Positions 10,360 through 20,153 of a DNA stretch of 64,000 nt are shown here, piece by piece. The translations under genes and the position numbers were made by a program. The notes below the pieces were generated by a model, which was not told the origin of the DNA, ran no database searches, and was given only the letters and a program-made list of their open reading frames with translations. Position 1 is the first letter of the stretch. Each line of letters opens with the position of its first letter. The DNA comes from a virus. The stretch spans positions 1 to 64,000 of IMG/VR virus record IMGVR_UViG_3300009320_000011; one strand, written 5' to 3'.

Positions 10360-11508
10360 ATGGCAGTTAATATACCAATCTGGGACGGCAGTCCTGGAAT
10401 AATATCTGGTTCCACACCGTTTGGATTTTACGATGACGACTCACAGTTTCAAACTGATGGTCCTAAATTTGCTAAGTATTGTGCGAAAAGATTGGGCTAT
10501 CCAATCATGGACGTCGAGCTACAATCCGGATCACTATATACAGCATTTGAAGAAGCAATAACTGAATATAGTCACCAGGTTAATCAGTTTAATATACGTG
10601 AAAATTTATTAAGTTTACAAGGATCATCAACCGGCAGTAATTTAACTCAAAGAGTAATTACACCAAATCTTGGTATGATATCCACTATATCTGAACAGTA
10701 CGGGACAGAAGCTGGAACGGGTGGATCTGTGAAATATCATACTGGCTCAATCGCAGTATCTTCTAGTATACAACGATATGATTTAGATGTATTATATAAA
10801 GATCACTATCACTCGGGCGATGAAATTGAAATCAAAAAAGTATATCATGAAGCAAAACCAGCAATCGTTAGATATTTTGATCCATATGTGGGTTCCGGCT
10901 TAGGTAGTCAGAATTTATTAGACTCGTTTGGATGGGGAGCATACTCACCAGCGGTATCATTTCTTATGATGCCAATGTATGCTGATATTCTTAGAGTCCA
11001 AGCCATAGAATTCAACGATCAAATCCGAAAATCAGGATATAGCTTTGAATTGATTAATAATGAAATCCGAATATTCCCAATACCAACAACAGATTATAGA
11101 TTATATTTTGATTATATTGTCAAATCAGATAGGAGCGATCCGCTCAAATTAACCAACCAAAATTTAATATCAGATGTGTCAAATGCTAGTTACCAAAATA
11201 TGCAGTATACATTTATTAATTCTGTTGGCAAGCGTTGGATAAATAAATATGGTTTGGCAATTGCAAAGGAAATGCTTGGTTGGATTCGTAGTAAATATAA
11301 TACAGTACCAATACCCGATAATGAAGTAACATTGAATGGCGACGCGCTGATTACGTCAGCTGAAACTGATAAACAACATTTAATTGAGGAATTGCAAGCA
11401 ACATTAGAGGAATCAAGTAGAACAAAATTATTAGAAAAACGAAAAGATGAATCAGAATTCGTTCAGGAAGAAATGAATAAGATTCCTCTCCAAATTTACG
11501 TTGGGTAA
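10360..11508 (+). CDS. gp13: Neck protein (T4 gp13-like)
   Basis: RLGYPIMDVEL N-terminus, AKEMLGWIRSKY..VPIP..EVTLNGDALI C-terminus; synteny. Confidence 0.8.
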   Translation: MAVNIPIWDGSPGIISGSTPFGFYDDDSQFQTDGPKFAKYCAKRLGYPIMDVELQSGSLYTAFEEAITEYSHQVNQFNIRENLLSLQGSSTGSNLTQRVITPNLGMISTISEQYGTEAGTGGSVKYHTGSIAVSSSIQRYDLDVLYKDHYHSGDEIEIKKVYHEAKPAIVRYFDPYVGSGLGSQNLLDSFGWGAYSPAVSFLMMPMYADILRVQAIEFNDQIRKSGYSFELINNEIRIFPIPTTDYRLYFDYIVKSDRSDPLKLTNQNLISDVSNASYQNMQYTFINSVGKRWINKYGLAIAKEMLGWIRSKYNTVPIPDNEVTLNGDALITSAETDKQHLIEELQATLEESSRTKLLEKRKDESEFVQEEMNKIPLQIYVG

Positions 11509-11512
11509 AATT

Positions 11513-11935
11513 ATGATAAAATTAAAACAAATATTAGAGTATGGAGAAACTCTTAAAGCTTTGCATAAAGCATCATCCACAAAAGAGATTGAAGCACTTA
11601 AGAAAGACATAAGAAAGGATTCAGGCTGGAGTAATAGTGATATTGATTATATGTTGAGAAAATATAGAAAAGACATAAAATATAAAGGACCGGATATATA
11701 TCAACCACCACCAAAAACTGTTCCAGTTAAAAAAATACAATGGAATGATTCAAAATATAAGAAATGGATTAAAGACTCAGCATCTGGTGGTGGAAAATAT
11801 CATTCATATGATATGGCACAGAATGCAAAAATGGAGCATGGTTTATTGGATTTTGTAAAGAAAAAAATTAGAAGAGAATATGGTGATGAAACGCCTTTAG
11901 AAAGAATTCAATGGGATATTGAAGCTCATATATAA
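11513..11935 (+). CDS. Leader-bearing hypothetical protein (MIKLKQILE)
   Basis: In-frame ATG at 11513. Confidence 0.55.
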   Translation: MIKLKQILEYGETLKALHKASSTKEIEALKKDIRKDSGWSNSDIDYMLRKYRKDIKYKGPDIYQPPPKTVPVKKIQWNDSKYKKWIKDSASGGGKYHSYDMAQNAKMEHGLLDFVKKKIRREYGDETPLERIQWDIEAHI

Positions 11936-11936
11936 T

Positions 11937-12287
11937 ATGAAATTACTCGAAAAAATAATAGGACAACTATCTGATAAAATTGATGTAGTGGTTATGATCG
12001 ATAAAACGCAGCACGCCGGAAATCGTCAAGATCGACATGAAGATCATATTGAAGAACCCGAAATTATGACTGTAGCGAATAAATCAATTGAACAAGTAGC
12101 AAAATTATTAATGTTCGATAGAATAGATGTAGGTGATTATATTCATATACATGATAAAAGGTCTGATCTAAATTTAGTTGGGTTAATACAAACAAATGGA
12201 AATCGGCTACAAATTAAAGTAATTACTGTGATGAGAAAAAAGAATTTCAAAGCAAAAGAAAATACATATACAGTGGAGGTGAATTAA
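11937..12287 (+). CDS. Hypothetical protein (MKLLE...)
   Basis: In-frame ATG at 11937. Confidence 0.55.
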   Translation: MKLLEKIIGQLSDKIDVVVMIDKTQHAGNRQDRHEDHIEEPEIMTVANKSIEQVAKLLMFDRIDVGDYIHIHDKRSDLNLVGLIQTNGNRLQIKVITVMRKKNFKAKENTYTVEVN

Positions 12288-12790
12288 TGCTCTGGGGATC
12301 TGATCGGGATGTGAGCTTCATTAAAAAAATTAATGAAGAATTAATAACAGATGTTATTGATACCGAAGTTGCGGTATATAAACTTATTGTCGGACAATCA
12401 GGAAAAAATGTATATGATGAATCTGGTGGCAAAAATAAATCGTATTATTATCCAATTAAAATATCATGTCTGATCAAACGAGATGTACAGCAATTTGAAT
12501 CAGACGAATTTGGTGTCAACTATAAAGCAGCTGGTAGATTTGCATTCTTACGTGATACGTTAGTTGAAAAATCATTATATGTTGAAGTGGGTGATATAAT
12601 CGAATGGGATAATGAATTTCATGAAATCGATACAGTTGAAGAAAATAAATATTTTGTAGGCAAAAATACAGAAACAGATCTAGGCGGAAATACGCATGGA
12701 TACAATGTTTCATTAATCTGTGATACGCATCTTACGAATCGAGAGAGATTGCAACTTGTGGATCGTCGATATGGAGATAACAATGACTGA
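12287..12790 (+). CDS. Head completion/neck protein (gp14-like)
   Basis: NVYDES, VEVGDIIEWDNEFHEI; between gp13-like and gp15-like genes. Confidence 0.65.
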   Translation: MLWGSDRDVSFIKKINEELITDVIDTEVAVYKLIVGQSGKNVYDESGGKNKSYYYPIKISCLIKRDVQQFESDEFGVNYKAAGRFAFLRDTLVEKSLYVEVGDIIEWDNEFHEIDTVEENKYFVGKNTETDLGGNTHGYNVSLICDTHLTNRERLQLVDRRYGDNND

Positions 12791-13001
12791 AAAAATAAGA
12801 CAAATAATTAGAGAAGAAATCAAAAAAGCAATCAACGAAGGATCAGCCATAAATAAAGCAGATAATGAGATATATCGTGGTCTAACTGAATTAAGAAAAG
12901 CAATTATGAAAGAGAAACCCGAGGCTATAGAGGAATTTAGAAAGATAAAAAAGGCGGTAGATAAAGCATTGTCTAATTTTTATCAAAAATATGATTTATA
13001 G
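12783..13001 (+). CDS. Leader-bearing small protein (MTEKIRQIIREEIKKAINE)
   Basis: ATG at 12783 after GGAG. Confidence 0.7.
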   Translation: MTEKIRQIIREEIKKAINEGSAINKADNEIYRGLTELRKAIMKEKPEAIEEFRKIKKAVDKALSNFYQKYDL

Positions 13002-13226
13002 GAGATAATCGAGAGTGTTAGGCTTAGTATACGTCCACACCCATATAGTAAAAAAGATGAAAAAATGATAATGAAAGTTGTAAAGGACTATGGTGGTAAA
13101 CTCGAAGATGTGGGAGATAAAGGAGCAACATTCATTTTCAACTCACCAACAATGAATGATTATAAATTAGCGCAAGCACTTAGAAATGCAAAACTAAAGA
13201 ATTATGATGTTACTGAAATAGGATAA
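13002..13226 (+). pseudogene. Start-less 74-codon open frame (EIIESVRLSIRPHPY...VTEIG)
   Basis: Open and in frame right after the TAG at 12999-13001; AGGAG present but no ATG at the expected position. Confidence 0.45.
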
Positions 13227-13228
13227 AC

Positions 13229-14107
13229 ATGGCACGCACTTACCGAAAACCGGAACTAAAAAAGACTTACAGCTCAACTTCTGATAACAAGGAATTTGTT
13301 AGAGCGGAACAGGTTCGTCATGATAAAGACGATGTAAAAGACCTTGGAATTGGGTTAGAGGATATTGATGAAGCATTTAAGTTCTTTTTAACTGATATAA
13401 TTAAACCACATATAACTGAAGGCGGTGAAAGAATAAAAGTGCCGGTGTTATATGCAAATTCTGATAAGTGGGTCTCAATACAAAAAAATGGCGTATTACG
13501 TGATGAAAAAAATAGACTAATGCTGCCATTAATTGCATTTAGACGCAATTCAATTGAAGAGAGAGCTGATCTAAAAAGATTGGAAGTCAAAAAATTCGAT
13601 AATGATGCTAGATATACATTTTCAACTCAATATAACAAATATAATAGCTATAGTAAATTTTCAAAATTAAATAATGTAAAACCAGCAAAAGAATTTTATA
13701 CAGTAACAATACCAGATTATGTACGAATTCCATATGATGTGATTATTTGGACGCAATATAACGAACAAGTTAATAAAATTATCGAACAAATAATATTTCA
13801 TGAAGGCAGTGCATATGGTGAAAAATATAAATTCACAATTAAATCTGATGATTTTACGTTCGAATCTGTAAACGAAACAGGACAAGATAAATTGGTCAAA
13901 TGTACAGCTACACTACACGCGAATGCCTACATAGTACCAGAGGATGTTGGATTTATTACAAATATGAAGAAATCATTTTCACCACAAAAAATAGTATTAA
14001 CTGAAAAAGTAACGGACGATATCAACCAAGTATCAGCTCCAGCGAATACTGTGAAGAAAAGTTACATTTCTAGTGAAAAAATTAACGAAAAAAACAGAAT
14101 AAATTGA
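13229..14107 (+). CDS. Tail terminator/sheath stabiliser (gp15-like)
   Basis: RIKVPVLYA, LPLIAFRR, PDYVRIPYDVIIWT..QVNKIIEQI; upstream of sheath. Confidence 0.7.
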   Translation: MARTYRKPELKKTYSSTSDNKEFVRAEQVRHDKDDVKDLGIGLEDIDEAFKFFLTDIIKPHITEGGERIKVPVLYANSDKWVSIQKNGVLRDEKNRLMLPLIAFRRNSIEERADLKRLEVKKFDNDARYTFSTQYNKYNSYSKFSKLNNVKPAKEFYTVTIPDYVRIPYDVIIWTQYNEQVNKIIEQIIFHEGSAYGEKYKFTIKSDDFTFESVNETGQDKLVKCTATLHANAYIVPEDVGFITNMKKSFSPQKIVLTEKVTDDINQVSAPANTVKKSYISSEKINEKNRIN

Positions 14108-14167
14108 TTTTGAAGTTTTTTTCTTATATATATAGATGAACAATTAATCAAAAAAAACAAAAAATTT

Positions 14168-14431
14168 ATGGAAGAAAAAATTAAGTTTTCAGAAGAAGAA
14201 TTATCCAAATTAAAGGATATTCAAACTGAGTTTGCAAATATTGTTAGTAATCTTGGCCAACTTGAAGCACAAATTATTAACATAAACAATCAAAAAGGAT
14301 TTTTAATTGAAAAATACAATGAAATCCAGACAAATCAAAATAAACTAGCACAAGAATTTAGTGCTAAATACGGAACGGGGACATTAGATCTTGAAACAGG
14401 TGAGTTCGTTCCACAAGAACAAACGGAGTAA
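14168..14431 (+). CDS. Small coiled-coil protein (KYGTGTLDLETGEF)
   Basis: 87 aa ORF. Confidence 0.65.
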   Translation: MEEKIKFSEEELSKLKDIQTEFANIVSNLGQLEAQIININNQKGFLIEKYNEIQTNQNKLAQEFSAKYGTGTLDLETGEFVPQEQTE

Positions 14432-14433
14432 AA

Positions 14434-14658
14434 ATGAAAAAATCTGAATTCCGAGAATTAATACGAGAAGAAGCTAAGAAACAATTAAATGAATACGCAC
14501 TAGATGCATCACATAGACGCTTAAATGAATCTATAAAACATTATGTTAAAGAATACCAAAGTGCGTTCGGTGATGAATTTTTACATGAAGGAATAGCACA
14601 GTCATTAAAAAGATTCGTACCAGCAGACCAAGTTAAAAAGATAAAAGAATATTTATAG
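14434..14658 (+). CDS. Leader-bearing small protein (MKKSEFRELIREEAKKQLNE)
   Basis: 74 aa ORF. Confidence 0.7.
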   Translation: MKKSEFRELIREEAKKQLNEYALDASHRRLNESIKHYVKEYQSAFGDEFLHEGIAQSLKRFVPADQVKKIKEYL

Positions 14659-14719
14659 TAGGAATTTAGAAAATTAACAAAAAAACAAACATAATTAATA
14701 ACAAAAAAGGAGTTAAATA

Positions 14720-16486
14720 GTGAGTAGTGAAAAAATTATTTCTGCTGGTGTATTTACCAGAGAAAATGATCAATCTTTTTTACCACAAGGAATAGGAGAA
14801 ATTGGAGCAGCAATAGTTGGTCCAACCGTAAAAGGTCGAGCATTGGTACCGACGTTGGTATCATCTTATGCTGAATACCAGGAATTGTTTGGTGATACAT
14901 TCGATTCGGGTAGTGACTCATATCAATACTTGACATCAATGTTAGCCGATAGTTATCTGAAATATGGTAATAATTTATTGGTAACAAAAATATTAGCTGG
15001 CAGTTATAGTGCAGCTGATAGTCAAATTCCAAAAACCGGTAGTCTTTGGACAGATGCAGAGAATGTAGCTGCATCAGCATCATTTACATTATATACACTG
15101 GGTGATGGAGCTATTTTGAATAGTACAAGCTCAATCGGCACAAATAACCTATTATCAAGTGGTTCAAAAGATAACTTCCAGTGGGAAGTATCAAACGTAA
15201 ATAGTACTAAAGGAACATTTACATTATTGATTCGTCGTGGTGATGATAATATAAAACGTAAGGTTATTCTTGAACAATGGAATAACTTGAACATGGATCC
15301 AAAATCATCCAATTATATTGTAAAAAGAATCGGAGATCAAGTATATACAATACGTGATTCTGGTACGACAACACCATTCTTACAATTAAGTGGATCATAC
15401 GAGAACAAATCAAAATATGTACGCGTATCAATTAATAGTACATACCAAACACCAGATTATCTTGATGAAAACGGGAACGTAAGAAAACCAGAATATAGTG
15501 GTTCACTACCAGGACCATCAAGTGGATCATTCGCAAACGGCTCAGACGGTAATGTAAAACATCCACAAAATTTCTATGAAAATATCGCAAACGCAAATAC
15601 ACAAGGATACGATCCTAATGTAGAAGGCAGCGGTAGTACAGCATATTTAGATGCTTTGAAAATTTTATCAAATCAACTAGAATACGACTTTAACTTACTA
15701 TTGTTACCGGGAATCATCGACAACCAATCAAACCATGAAGCAGTAGCAACTAAAGCAGTTGATGTATGTGAAGATCGTGGTGATTGCTTCTGTATACTTG
15801 ATCCATGTATTTATGCATCATCAATTACAGATGCAACTACTGAAGCGGGGACACGTGATACAAACTACTCGGCACACTACTGGCCGTGGGTAAAAATGCC
15901 AGATATTCAAACGGGCAAAAATGTGTGGGTACCAGCGTCAATCGCTGCAGCACGTGCATTTACATTCAATGATAAAATCGGTTATCCATGGTATGCACCA
16001 GCAGGTCTAAATCGTGGAGCATTAGATAATGTAATATCAGCAGAAAGAAAACTGACTAGAGGTAATTTAGATGATCTATATGATGCTAATGTTAATCCAG
16101 TAGCAACATTCCCAAGAGAAGGTGTAGTAATTTGGGGACAAAAAACACTCCAAAAGAAAGCATCGGCACTTGATCGAATTAATGTTCGTAGATTGTTAAT
16201 AGCAGCTAAGAAATTTGTTGCATCAAGTTCGAGATATTTAGTTTTCGACCAAAATACAACAGCATTAAGAAATAAATTCTTGAATATCTGTAATCCTTAT
16301 TTCGAGGACATACAGAGTAAACAAGGACTTTATGCATTTCGTTGTGTTATGGATGAAACAAATAATACATCTGATACTATTGATCGTAACGAATTACATG
16401 GAGCAATATATCTGCAACCTTCTAGAACAGCGGAATTTATTTTAATTGATTTCAACATTTTGCCGACTGGCGCTGTTTTCGCTTAA
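14720..16486 (+). CDS. gp18: Tail sheath protein (gp18-like)
   Basis: SAGVFTRENDQS, YWPWV, WYAPAGLNRG, WGQKTLQ..SALDRINVRRLL, PSRTAEFI. Confidence 0.95.
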   Translation: MSSEKIISAGVFTRENDQSFLPQGIGEIGAAIVGPTVKGRALVPTLVSSYAEYQELFGDTFDSGSDSYQYLTSMLADSYLKYGNNLLVTKILAGSYSAADSQIPKTGSLWTDAENVAASASFTLYTLGDGAILNSTSSIGTNNLLSSGSKDNFQWEVSNVNSTKGTFTLLIRRGDDNIKRKVILEQWNNLNMDPKSSNYIVKRIGDQVYTIRDSGTTTPFLQLSGSYENKSKYVRVSINSTYQTPDYLDENGNVRKPEYSGSLPGPSSGSFANGSDGNVKHPQNFYENIANANTQGYDPNVEGSGSTAYLDALKILSNQLEYDFNLLLLPGIIDNQSNHEAVATKAVDVCEDRGDCFCILDPCIYASSITDATTEAGTRDTNYSAHYWPWVKMPDIQTGKNVWVPASIAAARAFTFNDKIGYPWYAPAGLNRGALDNVISAERKLTRGNLDDLYDANVNPVATFPREGVVIWGQKTLQKKASALDRINVRRLLIAAKKFVASSSRYLVFDQNTTALRNKFLNICNPYFEDIQSKQGLYAFRCVMDETNNTSDTIDRNELHGAIYLQPSRTAEFILIDFNILPTGAVFA

Positions 16487-16509
16487 CATACACTAAAATA
16501 AAAACTGAG

Positions 16510-16538
16510 AAAAGATGGTAGAAATACCATCTTTTTTT
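16510..16538 (+). terminator. Rho-independent terminator after sheath gene
   Basis: AAAAGATGGTA-GAAA-TACCATC followed by T7. Confidence 0.9.
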
Positions 16539-16629
16539 ATGCAAAACTTGTTTTTCTCAACTAATAGTATTATATTCGTACTACAATACTTTCTTAATTT
16601 TCTTATATTTATACTAAAGTGGAGCATAA

Positions 16630-16908
16630 ATGAAATTGAAGGATATTCTCAGAGAATCAAAAGAACGAATAATAGCTAATGACATATCAGATTACTGGAG
16701 AACACATATTGGCAAATGGTCTCCAATATTATTCAAATCAAAACTAGAAAAATATATAGATGACGTACTACAATATCACAGCGTAACATCAGATGATTTA
16801 CCAAAAAAAGTAGCTGACTACTGGTTTAATAAACTGCATGGTACAACAAATGAAAATTCCATAAAACAAAAGATTAGAAGCTTTATTGAAAAGGAGCTAA
16901 AAAAATGA
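16630..16908 (+). CDS. Leader-bearing small protein (MKLKDILRE)
   Basis: First gene of leader array 1. Confidence 0.65.
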   Translation: MKLKDILRESKERIIANDISDYWRTHIGKWSPILFKSKLEKYIDDVLQYHSVTSDDLPKKVADYWFNKLHGTTNENSIKQKIRSFIEKELKK

Positions 16909-17123
16909 AAAGATCAGAACTAAGAAAATTAGTACGAGAAGAAGTTAAGAAAGCGCTTTTAAAAGAAAATGCTAAAGAAAAACTGATAGATAAATTACTA
17001 AACACAAAATATGCGGACGATGATCCAAAATACGATCAATCAAATTATAAATATCTAAATAGTTTGCCTATTCAGAAGTTGAAAAAGATGATCGACGACT
17101 GGGATGATTATGAAGAAAGATAA
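16905..17123 (+). CDS. Leader-bearing small protein (MKRSELRKLVREEVKKALLKE)
   Basis: 72 aa ORF, AAGGAG upstream. Confidence 0.7.
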   Translation: MKRSELRKLVREEVKKALLKENAKEKLIDKLLNTKYADDDPKYDQSNYKYLNSLPIQKLKKMIDDWDDYEER

Positions 17124-17126
17124 TAT

Positions 17127-17282
17127 ATGAAAACATCTGAATTCCGAAAATTAGTACGAGAAGAAATTAGAAAAGAATTAAAATAAGTGGAGTAAAACAA
17201 TTATGAAACGATCAGAATTAAAACAAATATCAAAAAGTTAATTGACAAATGGTCAACTGACGTAAAAAAGAAAGGTATTTAA
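17127..17282 (+). pseudogene. Two leader-only remnants: 17127-17186 MKTSEFRKLVREEIRKELK and 17203-17241 MKRSELKQISKS
   Basis: Manual translation. Confidence 0.6.
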
Positions 17283-17287
17283 ATAAA

Positions 17288-17614
17288 ATGAAACGAAGAA
17301 AGATAATATATGAATCAGAACTAAAACAACTAATTCGGGAAGAAATTAGAAAGCAATTAAGTGAAGTAAATTTAGACAATAATCAAAAGCTTGAATTAAT
17401 TAAAAAAGAAAAGGGATATATCGAATTTCGGGGCCAAAAAATGGAAATCATCTCAGTGAGAAATAAATTAATATTTTTTGATAATGGTTCGACTTTACAA
17501 GACATATATCCAGAAGCTTTAACTCTTTCAGATAAAAAGTATAAAGGCAAAAATGTTTGGAAACTGAGTTTGGACAAAGCATTCCAGAAACATTATCTAT
17601 ATAATATAAGGTAA
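17288..17614 (+). CDS. Leader-bearing small protein (ESELKQLIREEIRKQLSE)
   Basis: 108 aa ORF. Confidence 0.7.
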   Translation: MKRRKIIYESELKQLIREEIRKQLSEVNLDNNQKLELIKKEKGYIEFRGQKMEIISVRNKLIFFDNGSTLQDIYPEALTLSDKKYKGKNVWKLSLDKAFQKHYLYNIR

Positions 17615-17666
17615 AAACATTTGGATTTGGAATGCAGGATTCAAAATAAATGGGAGTAATAACATT

Positions 17667-17699
17667 ATGAAACGATCAGAACTAAAACAATTTAGTTAA
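17667..17699 (+). pseudogene. Truncated leader remnant MKRSELKQFS
   Basis: GGAG upstream; near copy of the 17189-17230 start region. Confidence 0.55.
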
Positions 17700-17744
17700 A
17701 AAATTAAAAGGCTGGAAATATAAACTAGTATCAGGAAAAATCAT

Positions 17745-18005
17745 ATGAAAAAATCAGAACTAAGACAAATCATAAAAGAAGAGATTATAAAAGAGTTGAA
17801 TGAATTTAATTGGCCACAATCGAAATTGAGTCCAATATTTGTCAATCATTTAAAAACTGAACTTGATTCTAAATTTCGTGGATATGATATATATGGGAAA
17901 GGATATGACATATATGTAGATGGCATAAAAATAATGACTGTGAATCCAGATAAAGACTCAGTTAATACTATAGTTCAAAAAATAAAACAAACACTGGGAA
18001 AATAA
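17745..18005 (+). CDS. Leader-bearing small protein (MKKSELRQIIKEEIIKELNE)
   Basis: 86 aa ORF. Confidence 0.7.
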   Translation: MKKSELRQIIKEEIIKELNEFNWPQSKLSPIFVNHLKTELDSKFRGYDIYGKGYDIYVDGIKIMTVNPDKDSVNTIVQKIKQTLGK

Positions 18006-18007
18006 CT

Positions 18008-18256
18008 ATGAAAAAATCAGAATTAAGACAAATCATAAGAGAAGAAATCAAAAGTATTCTAAAAGAGAGCTATAAAATTGATACCGACTCAGCATCTGAT
18101 GCTGATAAAATAAAAGATATACTAAGGAAAAAGAAAATTAAATTCAAACAAACTGGATCTATAATTACAATTATGTTAAATAGAAAATCAGCACAATCAT
18201 CTATGATAAATTCACAATTTGATAAGATTGTTGGCAACCATTGGAAAGAGATATAA
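18008..18256 (+). CDS. Leader-bearing small protein (MKKSELRQIIREEIKSILKE)
   Basis: 82 aa ORF. Confidence 0.7.
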   Translation: MKKSELRQIIREEIKSILKESYKIDTDSASDADKIKDILRKKKIKFKQTGSIITIMLNRKSAQSSMINSQFDKIVGNHWKEI

Positions 18257-18259
18257 TTT

Positions 18260-19141
18260 ATGAAAAAATCAGAAATAAGAAAAATAATTAAAGAGGAAAT
18301 CAAAATTGCTATACGTGAATCTAATATTCCCAGCAATATCGAAAAATGGATTAAGCAACGTGGACCAGAAACTACTAGAGATGTTAGAACGATAGGCAAT
18401 TGGGTGAAAAAAATTACAGGTCACGGAATTTCTGGTGGGACTGCAATTGGGAAAGGATATGATACTCTCGTACTAGACATTAAATACCAAGATGCTGCTA
18501 TTTATTATGATACTTATGAAGGAACAATAAAATTATATGGAAAAAAGGTCGTTGGATTTCAAGAATTCAAAAGAGTATTTCAATATTACAACACTAAATT
18601 AACTGAATCCAAAATCAAAAAAGGTGATATCGTAAAACCAAAAATTGGTCCACACAAAGGACTAAAACATAAAGTTATCCATGATTTTGGTAATGGTAAA
18701 TATAATATACAGCCAATCGGATTGAAACCAAAACAAATAAGATATAGATTGGGAGCTGCTGGAGCAAAAGAACAAGATTTGGAATTAGTGGAATCAAAAG
18801 AACCAATTTTAGAGAAAGAAGATATAACCCCACAAGACGGACAATATCTAAGTTTCAGTGATGCAGATAGAAATATTAGACCAATTTGGGTAAAGGGTAA
18901 AAAGATTAAGGTTGGAAACAAAGGAAAAGCACCATATGCTGTTATAGGAAAAAAGAAAGATAAACTTCAATTTATAGGCAATTATTTTTATGTTGATATT
19001 GATAACATAAAACAAAGAGGAACAATATCTGGTAAACCGGCTTGGATACTAAAAAATTATAAGAAAGCAATCAATGGAAAAGACTTAGAAGCAAAATTAC
19101 TCAATCGAAGCGGTGATTTTGTATATTATATAAATCTATAG
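18260..19141 (+). CDS. Leader-bearing multi-module protein (MKKSEIRKIIKEEIKIAIRE; internal LTE-S, LVE-S)
   Basis: 293 aa ORF. Confidence 0.7.
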   Translation: MKKSEIRKIIKEEIKIAIRESNIPSNIEKWIKQRGPETTRDVRTIGNWVKKITGHGISGGTAIGKGYDTLVLDIKYQDAAIYYDTYEGTIKLYGKKVVGFQEFKRVFQYYNTKLTESKIKKGDIVKPKIGPHKGLKHKVIHDFGNGKYNIQPIGLKPKQIRYRLGAAGAKEQDLELVESKEPILEKEDITPQDGQYLSFSDADRNIRPIWVKGKKIKVGNKGKAPYAVIGKKKDKLQFIGNYFYVDIDNIKQRGTISGKPAWILKNYKKAINGKDLEAKLLNRSGDFVYYINL

Positions 19142-19143
19142 AT

Positions 19144-19323
19144 ATGAAACTAAAACATCTCATAGAATCTGATCCGCAAACATATAAACGATTATCATAT
19201 GTCCGAGCGAGCATTGGTAATATAAGGCGAACACTTCGTCAAATAGACTGGACGAAAGCAACTGATAATGAAAAACGAGAAATCAAAAGAACGATACAAC
19301 AGTTAGTTCAAATTATAAAGTAG
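19144..19323 (+). CDS. Leader-bearing 59-aa protein (MKLKHLIE-S...)
   Basis: Manual translation; below the ORF-track cutoff. Confidence 0.6.
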   Translation: MKLKHLIESDPQTYKRLSYVRASIGNIRRTLRQIDWTKATDNEKREIKRTIQQLVQIIK

Positions 19324-19330
19324 GAGAAAT

Positions 19331-19554
19331 ATGAAAAATCAGAATTAAGACAAATCATAAGAGAAGAAATTCAAAAAGCATTAAATGAAATTTCTAGATT
19401 ATCATTTCGAGAATGGTTTGCTGAAAACAAAAATTCAGATGAGCTAACACATATGTATAATGATTATAAACACGAACAAAAACAAATGGGACTTAAAGCA
19501 GATCCATTCATTAAATGGGCTAAAGAATACTTCAAGTCTGTAATAGATAAATGA
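19331..19554 (+). pseudogene. Leader-bearing gene with a 1-nt deletion in the A-run after ATG (restored: MKKSELRQIIREEIQKALNE...)
   Basis: ATGAAAAATCAG here versus ATGAAAAAATCAG in paralogues; frame otherwise open to TGA 19552-19554. Confidence 0.65.
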
Positions 19555-20153
19555 AAAATCTACTAAAAATACTACTAATAGTACTTCTTACATCATGTGC
19601 AACATTAACATATGATTATGATGATGTATATTATACTACAGAGCAAACCGTTAATTTTATACCTGGAATATATCAATACTATACTCCACCACTAATATTC
19701 TATTGGGACTATACGTATTCCGGATGGCAGTATAATTTATATTGTAATTGCTATCAGTATTATAGTTGGTATTCATGTCGTTGGTATAATTATTATTGGA
19801 TATACAATCAATATCCAAGATGGTATGCATACAATCACTATTATGGAAGACGCTATTCACCAATGCCGAATCATAAAAGACAGGTTCAAAAAATTACAAC
19901 ACCAAACCAAAGACCAGTAACATCAAATAAAAGACAAATCATACCAAAACAAAGACCATCAAATAATCGAACTAGACAAATCACACCAAAACGAAGACCA
20001 CCAACTTACCAAAATTTTACACCAAGAACTCAATCAAATAAAAATAAATCACATATATATAATAGAAGCACACCACAAAGAAGAAGTGAACCACAAAGAA
20101 TTAATCCAATACGAACTGCACCAAAATCAAAAATAGGAGCTAGAAGAAAATGA
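19551..20153 (+). CDS. Predicted lipoprotein, Tyr/Trp-rich middle and Arg/Pro/Gln-rich tail
   Basis: Signal peptide with lipobox LLTS-C; DDVYY motif. Confidence 0.7.
   Translation: MKNLLKILLIVLLTSCATLTYDYDDVYYTTEQTVNFIPGIYQYYTPPLIFYWDYTYSGWQYNLYCNCYQYYSWYSCRWYNYYWIYNQYPRWYAYNHYYGRRYSPMPNHKRQVQKITTPNQRPVTSNKRQIIPKQRPSNNRTRQITPKRRPPTYQNFTPRTQSNKNKSHIYNRSTPQRRSEPQRINPIRTAPKSKIGARRK

Noticed and set aside
16905-19554. CRISPR array or integron-like attC repeats
   Set aside because: The repeats are degenerate coding leaders with gene-sized variable spacing; no palindromic repeat, cas operon or integrase is visible
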